From the NCBI RefSeq assembly GCF_009914755.1, contig NC_060925.1: a stretch of 64,000 bases of DNA. One strand, 5' to 3'. The DNA is from the human T2T-CHM13v2.0 reference genome, Homo sapiens. The notes under the pieces were generated by a model. It saw only the letters and a program-made list of their open reading frames with translations, did not search any database and was not told the origin of the DNA. Of the stretch, positions 48,420 to 61,979 are shown in pieces; position 1 is the first letter of the stretch; each line of letters begins with the position of its first letter. The translations under genes were made by a program, and so were the position numbers.

Positions 48420-49200
48420 TTACTTGTGTATTTATTTATTTTAGATCCAAGGGATATGTTTGCAGGTTTGGTACATGAGTAAATTATATGATGCTGAGGT
48501 TTGGGTTTCTAAGAATCCCATCCCCCAAGTAGTGAACATAGTACATGATAGGTAGTTTTTCAACCCATTTCCCCTCCCTCCCCTACTCCTTTTGGAATCC
48601 CCAGGGTTTATTGTTCCCATATTTGTGTCCAAGTGTACCCAATGTTCATCTCCCACTTATAAGTAAGAACATGATAGTTCATTTGATTTTCGGTTTCTGC
48701 ATTAAATTGCTTAGGATAAAGGCCTCCAGTTGCATCCATGTTGCTGTAAAGGATGTGATTTCATTCTTTTTCATGGCTGTATAGTAATCCGTGGTGTATA
48801 TGTACCACATTTTCTTTATCCAATCCACCATTAATGGGCACTTAGGTTGATTCCATGTCTTTGCTGTTGTGAATAGTGCTGTGATAAACATATGAATACA
48901 GGTATCTTTCTGATAGAATGATTTATTTTCCTTTGGGTATATTCCCAGTAATGGATTGCTGAGTTGAATGGTAATTCTACTTTTAGTTTTTTGAGAAATC
49001 TCCAAACTGCTTTCCACGGGAACTGTACTAATTTGCATTCCCAGCAACAGTGTATAAGCATTCCCTTTTCCATGAAACCTCACTAACATCTGGTTTTTTT
49101 TTTTTTACTTTAATAACAGCCATCCTTACTGGTATGAGATGGTATCTCATTATGGTTTTGATTTGCATCTCTCTGATGATTAGTGGTGTTGAGCATTTCA
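48420..49200 (-). mobile_element. L1 (L1PB/L1MA-type) 3' end
   Basis: ORF2 C-terminal remnant [38 protein letters not shown]. Confidence 0.9.
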
Positions 49201-49228
49201 AAAAATCTATTTTAAAAGTCTGACTTTT

Positions 49229-49521
<293 letters not shown>

Positions 49522-51918
49522 GTCTGACTTTTATTGTGAGTCAAAGTGGGCAACACTCCACCGAATTTTGAACTTTTGTATCTTCAAGCTAGTTAGCCGA
49601 TGGCAGATTTTGGAGTAATTATTGTTAGCTGATAGTTTCAGTGGTCTGCATAATATAAAGGGATTTACAAAGACTAAGTCTAAATACACCTTTATATCAT
49701 TATTATTTTATTATTATTATTATTATTTACAAAGTTCCCAAGAGCTAGAATGTTATGTCATTTTTTAAAGTAAGTGATTTCAGGCAAGTTTCATACAACA
49801 TATCTATATATAAAAGTAGCCATGAATTTTTATATTTTGCATGGATACAATTTTATATACCAGGCGATTCCAGACTTTATTAAAAATTGAATCATAAATT
49901 TTTAAGTCACAGAAGACTAGAAGAGATTCCTAAAAATGAAGATTCTCATTATAAAAAGGGACACCACAGAAAATTTAAAAATTCAGAAAACAGCAATAAT
50001 TATTGATCATTAATAATAAATTATATATTTAATTAATACATAGTGAAAATAATTCAGTTATTGTTACCACCAATAATCCCTTTACCCAGAGGCAACTGCT
50101 GATAACATAGATCTTAGAGAGATTGTCCTAGATCTTTTTTTGGTTTGCGTCTAGGCAAGATTATACCTGAGGTTTGGTTTTTGTTTTTCTTTTAACGAAG
50201 GACTCTGCACTGCTTTCAGCGTTCCAGGACTTAACAACACGGATGATCGGCAGTTCTTTGCGTTTATTTTTGGTCCTACATGTTGTTCTTCAAACCCATT
50301 TCCTCTTGTTCTTTCCCCAACAGAGGCAGAGAAGTGTTGGCCTCGAGCTCTGCCTATGATTTTCCTGCAGAACTAAACTACCACACCTTAACCTGCTCTC
50401 CTCAGGGGTGAATCAATTCAGTGTCTTTCCTCTTGGCAGGTGAGTCTCATTCTCCAATTGTTTTGCCACTTTGGGGCATCCCCTGAGCCTTCTGAGAGGT
50501 TGAGCGCAAGGCATATTTCTTCTAACAACTAGCTCACTTTATTGACATTCACCTACCTGAAAGCAGGAAGCTGGATCAGATAACTTTGGGGACTTCCTTT
50601 CAGTTTTGACTTTATGTGCGCCCTCTCGGGACCTGGCTTAGGATTCTGCTCATGGTAAATATTTGGTAAGCCTTACTGGTTGTATGACTCATGAGTGTGG
50701 TTCCTAATAAGAGTCACAGAAAACAGTAAAAGCAGTTCCAGGAATTTGCTGCTTACTCAGTAGTGGTGGATGCAGCAGGGAAAATAATGCAGGCTTCCTG
50801 CCCATTTCCCAGCCACTTCTCCGTATATGCACCTGGTCACAAAGGGATGGTCACAAAGACCATAAGACAGACCCCAGAGACCCCAGGCAACGTGTTCCCT
50901 GGCAGGGAGTGTGTCCTGCGGATGGTGTTCCTCAAGGAGCACAGGCTTCTTAGGGGCGGCTTTCACTCAACTTGGAAGGGAGGTCTAGGTAGAGGGGTTC
51001 ACTCAAGTGGACTCCTTCTCATTTCCTCGTTTCTTTCTAAGGAAGCCACTTTTAAGTGTGATGGCATTGAGACTGTGTATTGCTGCACCCCAGTGCCAGT
51101 GAACCTATGAAATACAGCCGTGCTCACTCTGTGCCTCACATGGAATCTCTCTAGAAGTAACTGGGAGGCCAGAGCAGGAGGGACCCCAAGCAGTGGAGTG
51201 ATGGGGCCAAAATGATCATCTTTTGAGAGCTCAGACTCATCAACATTCAACCTTTGCAGAGGCACTCAAGGCCTTTACTTTTGCAGAAAGTGCCTGAACT
51301 AGTCTGTCAAACACCTTCCAAAACTGGCCCTTTATTCTTTGGAAAGTTATTCACTACTCCCGTTATTCATCTTGCTCTTGTGTCTCTGACGTTTTATTTA
51401 AGCTCATACCACTTGCTCAGAACACCCCCAATCAACCTCTATCTTCTCTCATCATTCTCAGGGCTCCTGAAATTACCTCTTCCAGGAAGTCTTCCCTGAC
51501 TAACAAGAACAATGAAACTTCCTGGCTTCCTTCTACACTAACCGCTCTCCTCAAATAACTTCCTTTTTGTTTTCACAGAACATAAATGCTTCAATTTATT
51601 TATTAGTTTAATGTGTGTTTTTAGACTCTCAGGAAGGATGTAATTATAGATGATGACTTCTGAGAAGTAGGATGGTGTCCAGCTTGATGTGCAAATGGCC
51701 CCAACATATCAGCAGCAAACAAAGGCTGTTGCCACAGGTGTGACTTTGCAAGTAATTGCTCAGACTTTGCCTTCAGAACCTGTTCTATATTTCCAGTGGT
51801 GCTGCTTATATGTGCAGCATTAGCCAGATTCTTCAGTAGTATTCATTCAACAAATGCTTATTGAGAGCCTTTTATGAGCCAAGTACTGTTAGGTACTGGA
51901 GATGTAGTGCCCATTGAA

Positions 51919-52317
51919 TTTTTCTTTGAGAAATTTTATTTTTACCAAGCTCCCAAGAGGTAGAACTTTATGTCATTTTTAAAGTAAGTGATTTCAGGCA
52001 AGTTTCATAAAACAAATCTATATATAAAAGTCACCCAGGCTGCAGTGATCTCAGCTCACTGCAACCTCCACTCCCCACCACTCCCCCACCCCGCCTGCCA
52101 GCTCAAGTGATCCTCCCACCTCAGCCTCCCAAGTGGCTGGGACCACAGGCGTACACCACCACACCCAGCCTTTTTTTTTTTTTTTTTTTTTTTTTTTAGT
52201 AGAAATTGGGTCTCACCATGTTGCCCAGGCTGGTCTCAAACACCTGAGCTCAAGTTATCCACCCACCTCAGCCTCCCAAAGTGCTAGGATTACAGGCATG
52301 AGACACTGTGCCTGGCT
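51919..52317 (-). mobile_element. AluJ-like element carrying a ~95-bp non-Alu insertion
   Basis: Tail and start ttttctttgaga at 51919-51931; the Alu resumes at gtcacccaggctg, about 52030. Confidence 0.82.
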
Positions 52318-52334
52318 GAAATTTTTAAGATTAT

Positions 52335-52842
52335 TGTGGTGGACCACCAATTTGGTGGCCCACACTGAACTATTTCTCTAAGTATTTATACCCTTGTGTA
52401 GTCTCCTATCCCTCTTGATTTTGAGCTGGGCTGTGATCTGCTTTAATTAACAGGATATAGTAGAAGTGGTGTTGTGCCAATTCCAGGTGTAAGGCCACGA
52501 AGAGCTGGCAGTTTCTGCTTTTGTGGTTTTGAGATCCCTTAGCTACCATGAGCAAAGACCTGCTACTCTGCTGGAGAAACTGTGTGGAGAGTCCACTTGG
52601 AAAGGGAGTGGCTCTGAGACTACAGGGAAAGGGAGAGAAGCTCAGACATTCCAGTGTCCCAAAGAACCCAGTCTCCAGCCAACCCAACTGAATACAGACA
52701 CATGAGTGAACACCAGCAAGACCAGCAGACCATCCAGCTAAGCCCAGCTCAGATTATAGAATTGTGAGCAAATAACCACTTGGTTGTTTTAAGCCACTAG
52801 TTTGGGGATTTCTTTTTTTTTAATACGAGCAACTGGTAACTT
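52335..52842 (+). mobile_element. MLT1F/G-like LTR
   Basis: tgagctgggctgtgatctgc...agaattgtgagcaaataa...tgttttaagccactag. Confidence 0.8.
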
Positions 52843-52947
52843 AAAAATCTCATCACTTCTGAAGACAGGAGAGTAATATACGATCTTCCAAAGCAGTTTC
52901 AAGATAATTTGATAGATTACATGTTTAGACATTTAAAATCAAGCAGA

Positions 52948-53110
52948 GGCCAGGTGTGGTGGCTCACACCTGTAATCCTAGGCATTTTGGCAGGCCAAGG
53001 CAAGAGGATCATTTGAGCCCAGGAGTTCGAGATCAGCCTGTACAACACAGTGAGACCTCGCCTGTACAAACAAACAAACAAACAATCAACAAATAAAATA
53101 AAATAAAACA
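52948..53110 (+). mobile_element. FLAM / Alu left monomer
   Basis: Left-arm consensus with an A-rich tail. Confidence 0.85.
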
Positions 53111-53154
53111 AGCAGAGTCATGGTAGCAATAAACCTTTTAAAAAAACCTAGCCC

Positions 53155-54816
53155 CCTCCCCCTCTCCCTCTCCCTCTCCACGGTCTCCCTCTCCCTCTCT
53201 CTCCACGGTCTCCCTCTTCCTCTCCCTCTCTCTCCACGGTCTCCCTCTGATGCCGAGCCGAGGCTGGACTGTACTGCCGCCATCTCGGCTCACTGCAACC
53301 TCCCTGCCTGATTCTCCTGCCTCAGCCTGCCGAGTGCCTGGGATTGCAGGCGCGCGCCGCCACGCCTGACTGGTTTTCGTATTTTTTGGTGGAGACGGGG
53401 TTTCACTGTGTTGGCCGGGCTGGTCTCCAGCTCCTGACCGTGAGTGATCTGCCCACCTCGGCCTCCCGAGGTGCCGGGATTGCAGACGGAGTCTCGCTCA
53501 CTCAGTGCTCAATCTTGCCCAGGCTGGAGTGCGGTGGCATGATCTCAGCTCGCTACAACCTCCACCTCCCAGCCACCTGCCTTGGCCTCCCAAAGTGCCG
53601 AGATTGCAGCCTCTGCCCGGCCGCCACCCCATCTGGGAAGTGAGGAGCGTCTCTGCCTGGCCGACCATCGTCTGGGAGGTGAGGAGCCCCTCTGCCCGGC
53701 CGCCCAGTCTGGGAAGTGAGGAGCGCCTCTTCCCGGCCGCCATCCCGTCTAGGAAGGGGGGAGCATCTCTGCCCGGCCGCCCATCGTCTGAGATGTGGGG
53801 AGCGCCTCTGCCCCGCCGCCCCGTCTGGGATGTGAGGAGCGCCTCTGCCCGGCCGCGACCGCATCTGGGAACTGAGGAGTGTCTCTGCCCGACTGCCACC
53901 CCGTCTGGGAGGTGAGGAGCGTCTGAGAAGTGAGGAGCCCCTCCGCCTGGCAGCCGCCCCGTCTGGGAAGTGAGGAGCGTCTCCGCCTGGCAGCCGCCCC
54001 GTCCGGGAGGGAGGTGGGGGGCAGCCCCCGCCCGGCCAGCTGCCCCGTCCGGGAGGGAGGTGGGGGGCAGCCCCTGCCCGGCAGCCGCCCCGTCCGGGAG
54101 GTGGGGGGCGCCTCCGCCCAGCCGCTGCCCTGTCTGGGAGGTGGGGGGCGCCTCTGCCCGGCCGCCCCCTCTGGGAAGTGAGGAGCCTCTCTGCCCAGCC
54201 GCCACCCCGTCTGGGAGGTGTACCCAACAGCTCATTGAGAACAGGCCATGATGACGATGGCGATTTTGTCGAATAGAAAAGGGGGAAATGTGGGGAAAAG
54301 AAAGAAAAATCAGATTGTTACTGTGTCTGTGTAGAAAGAAGTAGACACAGGAGACTCCATTTTGTTCTGTACTAAGAAAAATTCTTCTGCCTTGGGATGC
54401 TGTTAATCTATAACCTTACCCCCAACCCCGTGCTCTCTCAAACATGTGCTGTGTCAACTCAGGGTTAAATGGATTAAGAGCGGTGCAAGATGTGCTTTGT
54501 TAAACAGATGCTTGAAGGCAGCATGCTCCTTAAGAGTCATCACCACTCCCTAATCTCAAGTACCCAGGGACACAAACACTGCGGTCGGCCACAGGGTCCT
54601 CTGCCTAGGAAAACCAGAGACCCTTGTTCACATGTTTATCTGCTGACCTTCCCTCCACTATTGTCCTATGACCCTGCCAAATCCGCCTCCCCAAGAAACA
54701 CCCAAGAATGATCAATAAATACTAAAAAAAAAAAAAAAAGAAAAATCACTTCAGTTCTCAATGTTTACCTACTCAAATAAAAAGCATACTAATCTTTTTT
54801 TAAAAAAAAAAAGAAA
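53155..54816 (+). mobile_element. Full-length SVA retrotransposon (older SVA_B/C-like) with 3' transduction
   Basis: CCCTCT hexamers ~53155-53248; Alu-like region ~53249-53612; GC-rich VNTR ~53612-54218; SINE-R to AATAAA 54713-54718; poly(A); 15-bp TSD aaaaaaacctagccc at 53140-53154 and 54817-54831 at a TTTT/AAAA site. Subfamily assigned by eye. Confidence 0.96.
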
Positions 54817-55115
54817 AAAAAAACCTAGCCCATATCAAGTTCTTAGATAAGAATTACCAAGTCCATCTTCCCTAAAATAAACTATGAAATTAATGCAATC
54901 CCCCAAAATTACCAACAGGATATCCTTGGCATCTCAGCCAAGCTGATATTAAAGTTCATGTAGGGAAATAAATAAGCCAAAGTAGCCAGGAACTTTATGG
55001 AAAAATAGTAATAACAAGTGGAGGAAGATAGTCCTAAGAAAAAATAAATCTATCATGATGCTCTACAAGTTAAAGCAGCACGGTATGAGCATATGAAAAG
55101 AACAGACTAGGAATA

Positions 55116-56186
55116 GATCTAAATATATATTCGATTTTATTAGATGAAAAATGCAGCCTCTCACATCAGTGGGGGAAAAGAGGTACTATTCAATAAATGG
55201 TGTCAGAACAGGTGGTTAGCTCTCTGGAAGAAAATGAAAGGATCAGATGTCCCCCATAAACAACTACTCTACTCAGTAGGAAGAAAAAAACCCACAAAAC
55301 AATAGCATTAGTTCAGTTCAGAAAATCCAGTTCAAGCCAATTATTCAAACAGTTTTTGGGAGGTAACACTGTCCCTATGGGAAGACTTGGTATTTTTCAG
55401 ATTTCCCTGCTGTTTATCAAGATGGCATATGGGTGTAGGGAGAAGAAGAGGTGCTGGAGCCATCTATCCAGGTCCCTGTACTCTCTCTGGCCCTCTGGTC
55501 TCCACAGCAAATGCCCCTGTCCACCTTGTCTCTGGGCACATCTGATGATAACGTCTGTGGCTGGTTTATTGAATTTGTTCTAGGCTTGTGTCCCCCACCG
55601 ACCACCTGGCTCATCTCAGCTCCCAGCGGCACTGTGTTACCCCTGAGGTTGGCTCCTCTTCAATGTCCAGACCGCTGAGCCACTCTGCAGTCCTCAAATG
55701 CAGAGTGATTGGGTCACTCTCCATGGTGTCCATGAGAGGCTGCCAGCCACCTCGGTGGGGTCCTCCCACAATCCTCCATGTGGCACGTGGGGATCTCCAA
55801 ATGACTTCTGTGCAACAACAGAGCCGAGCCCGGTCCCAGGGGCTGGATGGTGTCCCTCCCTCTGATGGACACCAGCACAGCACGGACTTTCCCGTCCTGT
55901 CTCTTCATGGTGGGTGAAGAGCACAGGGAGAGTGTGCTTCCTGGCTGTGTCCTCTCAGAGGCCCTCCAGTCCAGTCTACTCCGGCCTTGGAGATGACTGC
56001 CGAGAGAGGGAGGGCGGGCTCTGGGTCACCCAGCTTCATCCTCTTCATCTTGCCAGTTCACCAGAGGCAGAAGGGATGAAGGTTCCCCGATCCCCTTCTC
56101 TCCTAGACTGCCCCTAGAGCTAGTCCACCAGGCTTGGCTCCTAATGTGTTAAATGGGGGTGAATGGAATTTAGAAGATCTCTTTTT
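55116..56186 (-). other. NSL1: Candidate alternative 3'-terminal exon of NSL1 (mostly UTR)
   Basis: Recalled synteny places NSL1 upstream of BATF3 on the same strand. Acceptor-like tagttttcag (AG at 56188-56187), an open frame KKRSSKFHSPPFNTLGAKPGGLALGAV*, and minus-strand AATAAA at 55570-55565 and 55141-55136. Upstream NSL1 exons are outside the window, so frame and boundaries are unverified. Confidence 0.4.
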
Positions 56187-56879
56187 CTGAAAACTATATA
56201 TGGCTTTCAAGACTTGCCTTGAGACTCAGAGCTGTTTCACAACCCTTTGTTCCAGGCAGGGCCCAGGATCCCCTTCCAAATTACTGAGGGGCAGTAAGTC
56301 CTGGCACTCAGCACATGGCAGGAAGGTCACTTAACCAGGGAAATAAGTATCAGTCAAGTTAATGTTTCCAAAATATACTCCTTGTAACAGACATTACCTA
56401 AATTTGGAAAAGTGACACAATTTCAAGCAGCAGTCAACTAAAACGATTCCTTTTGCAATTTAGGTTAATATCATAACTATACCACTGGAGAGAAAGGACA
56501 ATGAATTAGACGTGTGCCACATACTTCTCTCAAAAACTTTATGACTCAGTTGTCTGGAAGTTGTTTTGTAACCTTCTAAAATTCACACGTCACAAATTCA
56601 GAATTTACTATAATTATAATCCTGAACAATCAGGACTGTTAGCTTCCCACGATGAAAGAATGACTAGCTATGATGATTTATATTTCCCAAGAAATTAACA
56701 GCAAAAGTTCATATTTAACCTCATTAAGATAATAAATTGCTTTAAACAACTTTGAGCACTTTCTTAGACACTAGTATTACATAGTAATATTCACTATTCG
56801 TTAACTGCTGGGAAATTTAAAAATGTTTGTTGATACTCTCTGTTGCTATGTGTCATTGAAAAAAAATGAGAAGAACCAA

Positions 56880-57190
56880 CGAGGTCGCTGTGGTGTAGCG
56901 GTGAGAGCGTCTGAGACTCTGGACAAGGCCTTTGCTGTGAACCACGGGGAGAAGGTGGAAGCAGAGTTTGTGGTCAGAAGGCCTCGCTCTGCTCTACATG
57001 GTCTATAGACCGCTGGGAAGGTGGCCAGGCACTTCCCTTCTCATCTCCACCTCTTTCTCATGAAATGGGCGTGGTAATAGCCCTTAATTCATGGATTGTC
57101 TTGAGGATTAAAAGAGATGGTGCATGTGAAGCTTTTAGCATGATCATGGCATGTAGTAAGCACTCAATACATGGTAACTACTAGCATTAT
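56880..57190 (+). mobile_element. MIR
   Basis: gtggtgtagcggtgagagcg...tgaggattaaaagagatg...tagtaagcactcaata. Confidence 0.7.
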
Positions 57191-58929
57191 ATTGATATTA
57201 CCTTCAGCAAATAAGTTGATAACATTATATATGTAAACATTTATTTAAAGTATTTTTGTACAATTCCAGGCATAAAGTGGATTCTTTATATGCCTGTTTT
57301 AAAAATATGCTGCTTTAAACAGTTCTACAATTCACGCTATTTATTAATGGCCTTTTACCCAATCTGGGACACTATTACAGTTGTGGCTTTACTCAATCTC
57401 TTCCTTTTCTTTGGGTAATCTTTTATCTTGAACTACCAAGAGTAGATGAATTGTGAGCTCATATAGCTGGAACAAATCTGACATTGTTGGTTTGTTCAAA
57501 CAATTTTTTCAAATCAGATTTACAGAGGGATAGAAATGAGAAAAGGAGTTTTATGTTAGGAAAAAAATGGTTTCTGAGAATTCTGAGGCTCTGATCTGAT
57601 GAGTGAAGGGAACCACAGGCTTATCTGCACATCACTTATACCATTTGGTGAGATCTCTGGAGAATGGAACACCTTCACAGACAACATCAGGGATAAACCT
57701 GATCACCGTCCCCTTTGTTGCCACATCTCGCAGCTTCTCCCTTCTGTTTTTCCTCTCACTCTGACTCGAGGAGGGCCCTCAGCGCAGAGAAAATTAAGTC
57801 TAGTGTTTGCAGGAGGGCAAGACTGGGAGTGCTGGGGGTGGGGAGGCCAGAGTCCACCACTCTGGCAAAGAGCAGTGTTTATTTGTGTGTTTGAACGTTT
57901 GTTCCCTTTGAATATGAAAGAAAAAGAAATGAGGAGTAATTTTAGTAAGGAGGATTTCTAAAGAAGCAGTCATTTGTCAATCTGAAATTTTTTTTAAAGG
58001 AAGAATACTTGGGTTGGGCTTACAAGAAAAATAAATTGCAGTAAGTGTTAAAACTTGCCAGTCAATTACAGGAATATATTAGTGTTCCATCGTAGTTTCT
58101 AAAACCAGACAAAATCATTTCTTGCAAGCAGGTAATTCCACAGAAGTTTCCAAACCCATGAGTTTCACTCTCAGGTTCCCTCTAGGAGCAGAAGTGCAGG
58201 TTTGCTTGGGCTCCTAGCCTCTCCCTCAGCTCCCTCTTTTCCCTCTAATGGATCCCTAGATGCTACTGATGGCTCCCCTAACTGACGGCAAATTGCTTGT
58301 GGGCAGGGTCTGTGCCTTGGTTTACAGGTGTACATCCACACAGCTCTTAGCACAGTATTTAGATTCATCGAGTATGTGTGTAATAAAAGGTGTGGCTACG
58401 AAAAATCATTTTACAATATTGTCTGGCACATGGCTGGGAAAGATCCTGAGGCTCTGGAGCTGGGGTGTATGGGACCTGGAGCAGGGGTGCCCTACAACTT
58501 TGCCCATTTTTATTATTCTGCCAGTGTCATCCCCTCATTTCTACACTTCCTCAGGATCAGAGGCAGGCACACAGGGCATAGACAGAATATGACAAGTCAG
58601 AGAGAATTCGAACACTTATTTTAACCTTTTCACCAAATTTTTGTCAGAGAAGGAAATGAAGCAAGATACCAAGGTCAAATCCTCCTCTCTTTTCCTTTTT
58701 CCTATCCGCTCTTCTGGTGGAGATGCTCGGCTATAAAACGGCTCAAAAGAACAGCTAGAACATGGAAAAAGCAATGTAATCAGCTGGTGCTGCAAAGGGC
58801 AGTGATGTGTGGACGAAGGGGTTGCTGGGGTGACCCAGGCAGCAAGGACCCTGAGGGGGCAGGTAACCAGAAGCTGCCTTGTGGAGGAACTAAACCTCCG
58901 GAAGGATTTTTTTTTTTAAGAATGAAATG

Positions 58930-59242
<313 letters not shown>

Positions 59243-60217
59243 TCAGGTATTTATGGACTGGTGAAGAGTTGTGTGGAGGGTGGCATTCCCATCAAGGTGG
59301 CATCAGGGGCAGAAATGGACAAAAGAACTCCAATGACATCATTGTAGAAGATGTGGGCCACAGAGCTACATGAATGGGCACCAAGGGAGGTCTTAAAATC
59401 TGCAACTAGGTATGAGCCCAAAGGCACTGGAGCCATTCTCTGAGTAAGGCTAGTCAAGGTGATGATAGAAATGCCCAATCTTTTACACAGGCACAGGAGT
59501 CAGCTGGAGCAGAAGACCTGCAGGGAGAAGTTGAATTTTCTTCTCTAGCTATCCCAGGCCACCCAGAAGTCAGGGGATGTGACCAAAGGAAAAGGTGATC
59601 AGAAGGCAACTATACCTGCTAGCACAGTGATGTCACTGAGGGATGTCAATGCCATCCTCTGCTCTTATGTCCTGCAGGGATATGGGAATTAGACTTAGTT
59701 CTAGTAGACGTAGTTCTAGTAGACAGGAGACTCTGGAGTCCTAATTCAGGTCAGTTTCCCAGTGATCTGTCCTCAGTTTTTTACCTCTCCCCTCCCCACA
59801 CTCACCTTCTAAGTTCAATTAATAATGAATATAAATGCCACAAGCCATTAATGTGTGAGATTGTGATCCAGGGAAACCGACAAGTTAGAAATTTGCAATA
59901 TGAACTCATTCATTCAACGAATATTAGTTTACAGCCCATGGGCAAAGTATGAGCAATGTAGAGACACAGCAACGAATTACAAGGGATTCTTTACCCCTGA
60001 AGCTTCAAATGAATATAACATTAATTTTCTCAAATCCTTTCATATAAAATCCCCAAGAACCCCCTTCAGTGGTTCTCTAGAGAGATATTTTTTTCTTCAG
60101 AGACTTTCATAATATAATCTATTTGCAAAACAAATGGTCAGAGGGGAGAAAAAAAAAAAAAACCTGAAGAAACCAAAACTAGAATTATCAGCCAAAAACA
60201 GAGAATAGTAAGTCTTA

Positions 60218-60469
<252 letters not shown>

Positions 60470-61280
60470 TTAAACCAAATTTATTTTCCCTTAATTACTA
60501 TATGCATTTAATTTTAAAAATCAAATCTATGAGGCTTCTATCAAAAATTATCAGTCCCTGGCCCAGTTCCCCCACCTAAGTTCATCCACAGAGTTAATAC
60601 TTCCCACTTCGTCAGCTCTTTATTCTGCTGCACTAAATTATATCCATATTGTATGATCTTGAATCAGCTTTTTAGACATCCACTGACTTCCAGTTGTGGT
60701 GGGTGAAGATTTCACTCCCCACTGCCATGTCAAAGCTGGTGTTCAGACAGTCACACTGTTACAAACATATGGATTGTACTGGTTGGCACAGAAGCCTCCT
60801 CACTATCCCTGCCACTCTGGCTGCTCCAGCTCCATGTCCTGGGACACCCTACCCTGCCCCAGGACCCAGCAGCTATAAGGGCCTCCACACCCCACCTTAC
60901 TGCTTTAACCAATGTCCATCTAACTGTTCAGTGCCTGTGCTGTACTAATTGCTAATTCCCATCCTTTAGCCTCCCAGTGTAACTGTCCCAATTTTTTTTT
61001 TTTTTTTTTTACTGAATTCAGATTCAGGGTTTTTATTATTATGGCTATATAAATATTGTTCACTGGAGAACTAATTTGTAACCATGATTACATTTCTTTT
61101 TTTGTACAGCTTTCTGCCTCTACTGTAGTGAATAACTGCCTTATTTTTTGTTTCTTTGAACATCTTAATCATATTACAAAACATCTCCTTTATACAATTT
61201 TCTGCATAGTTAACATTATCACTCGTGTTGTCACTTTTATTTTTTTCTGAAAATATCTCTTTTGGAGTCCTACATAGTCC

Positions 61281-61557
<277 letters not shown>

Positions 61558-61979
61558 TACATAGTCTTATTCCAACCTGGTCTGCCTAGTCTCCAAATCT
61601 GCTGATTAGTTAGTAGCCTGTAGACTCGAGTGTGCTGTGTTTTGGGAGCCTTAGTTTCCCAGATCCCATGGCTGCTGCTTTTTTGGTTTACCCTTTGGAA
61701 TAGAGCACAGCCCCTGGTAGAACCCCCAAACGGGATGCCTTGGAGGTAATTTTTTTTGACGCTTTGCATATCTGAGATATCTTTTAGCTAATCATGCACT
61801 TGATTATTAGTTTGACTGTGTATAAAAGCCTAGGTTGTATATCATTTATGCTGAGAATATTTCTCCAGATGCTTCTAGATTTTAGGATTGTTGTTTAGTA
61901 ATCTGATGCCATTCCAATTCCTCTTGGTATTCCTCAGGTCTGGGAATGTTTCTTGTGTTATTTCTATTTCTTTATTCTC

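Noticed and set aside
53344-54711. ORFs up to 245 aa and a repeat array that superficially resembles CRISPR
   Set aside because: SVA Alu-like, VNTR and SINE-R sequence; tandem GC-rich units without unique spacers, no cas genes, eukaryotic context.
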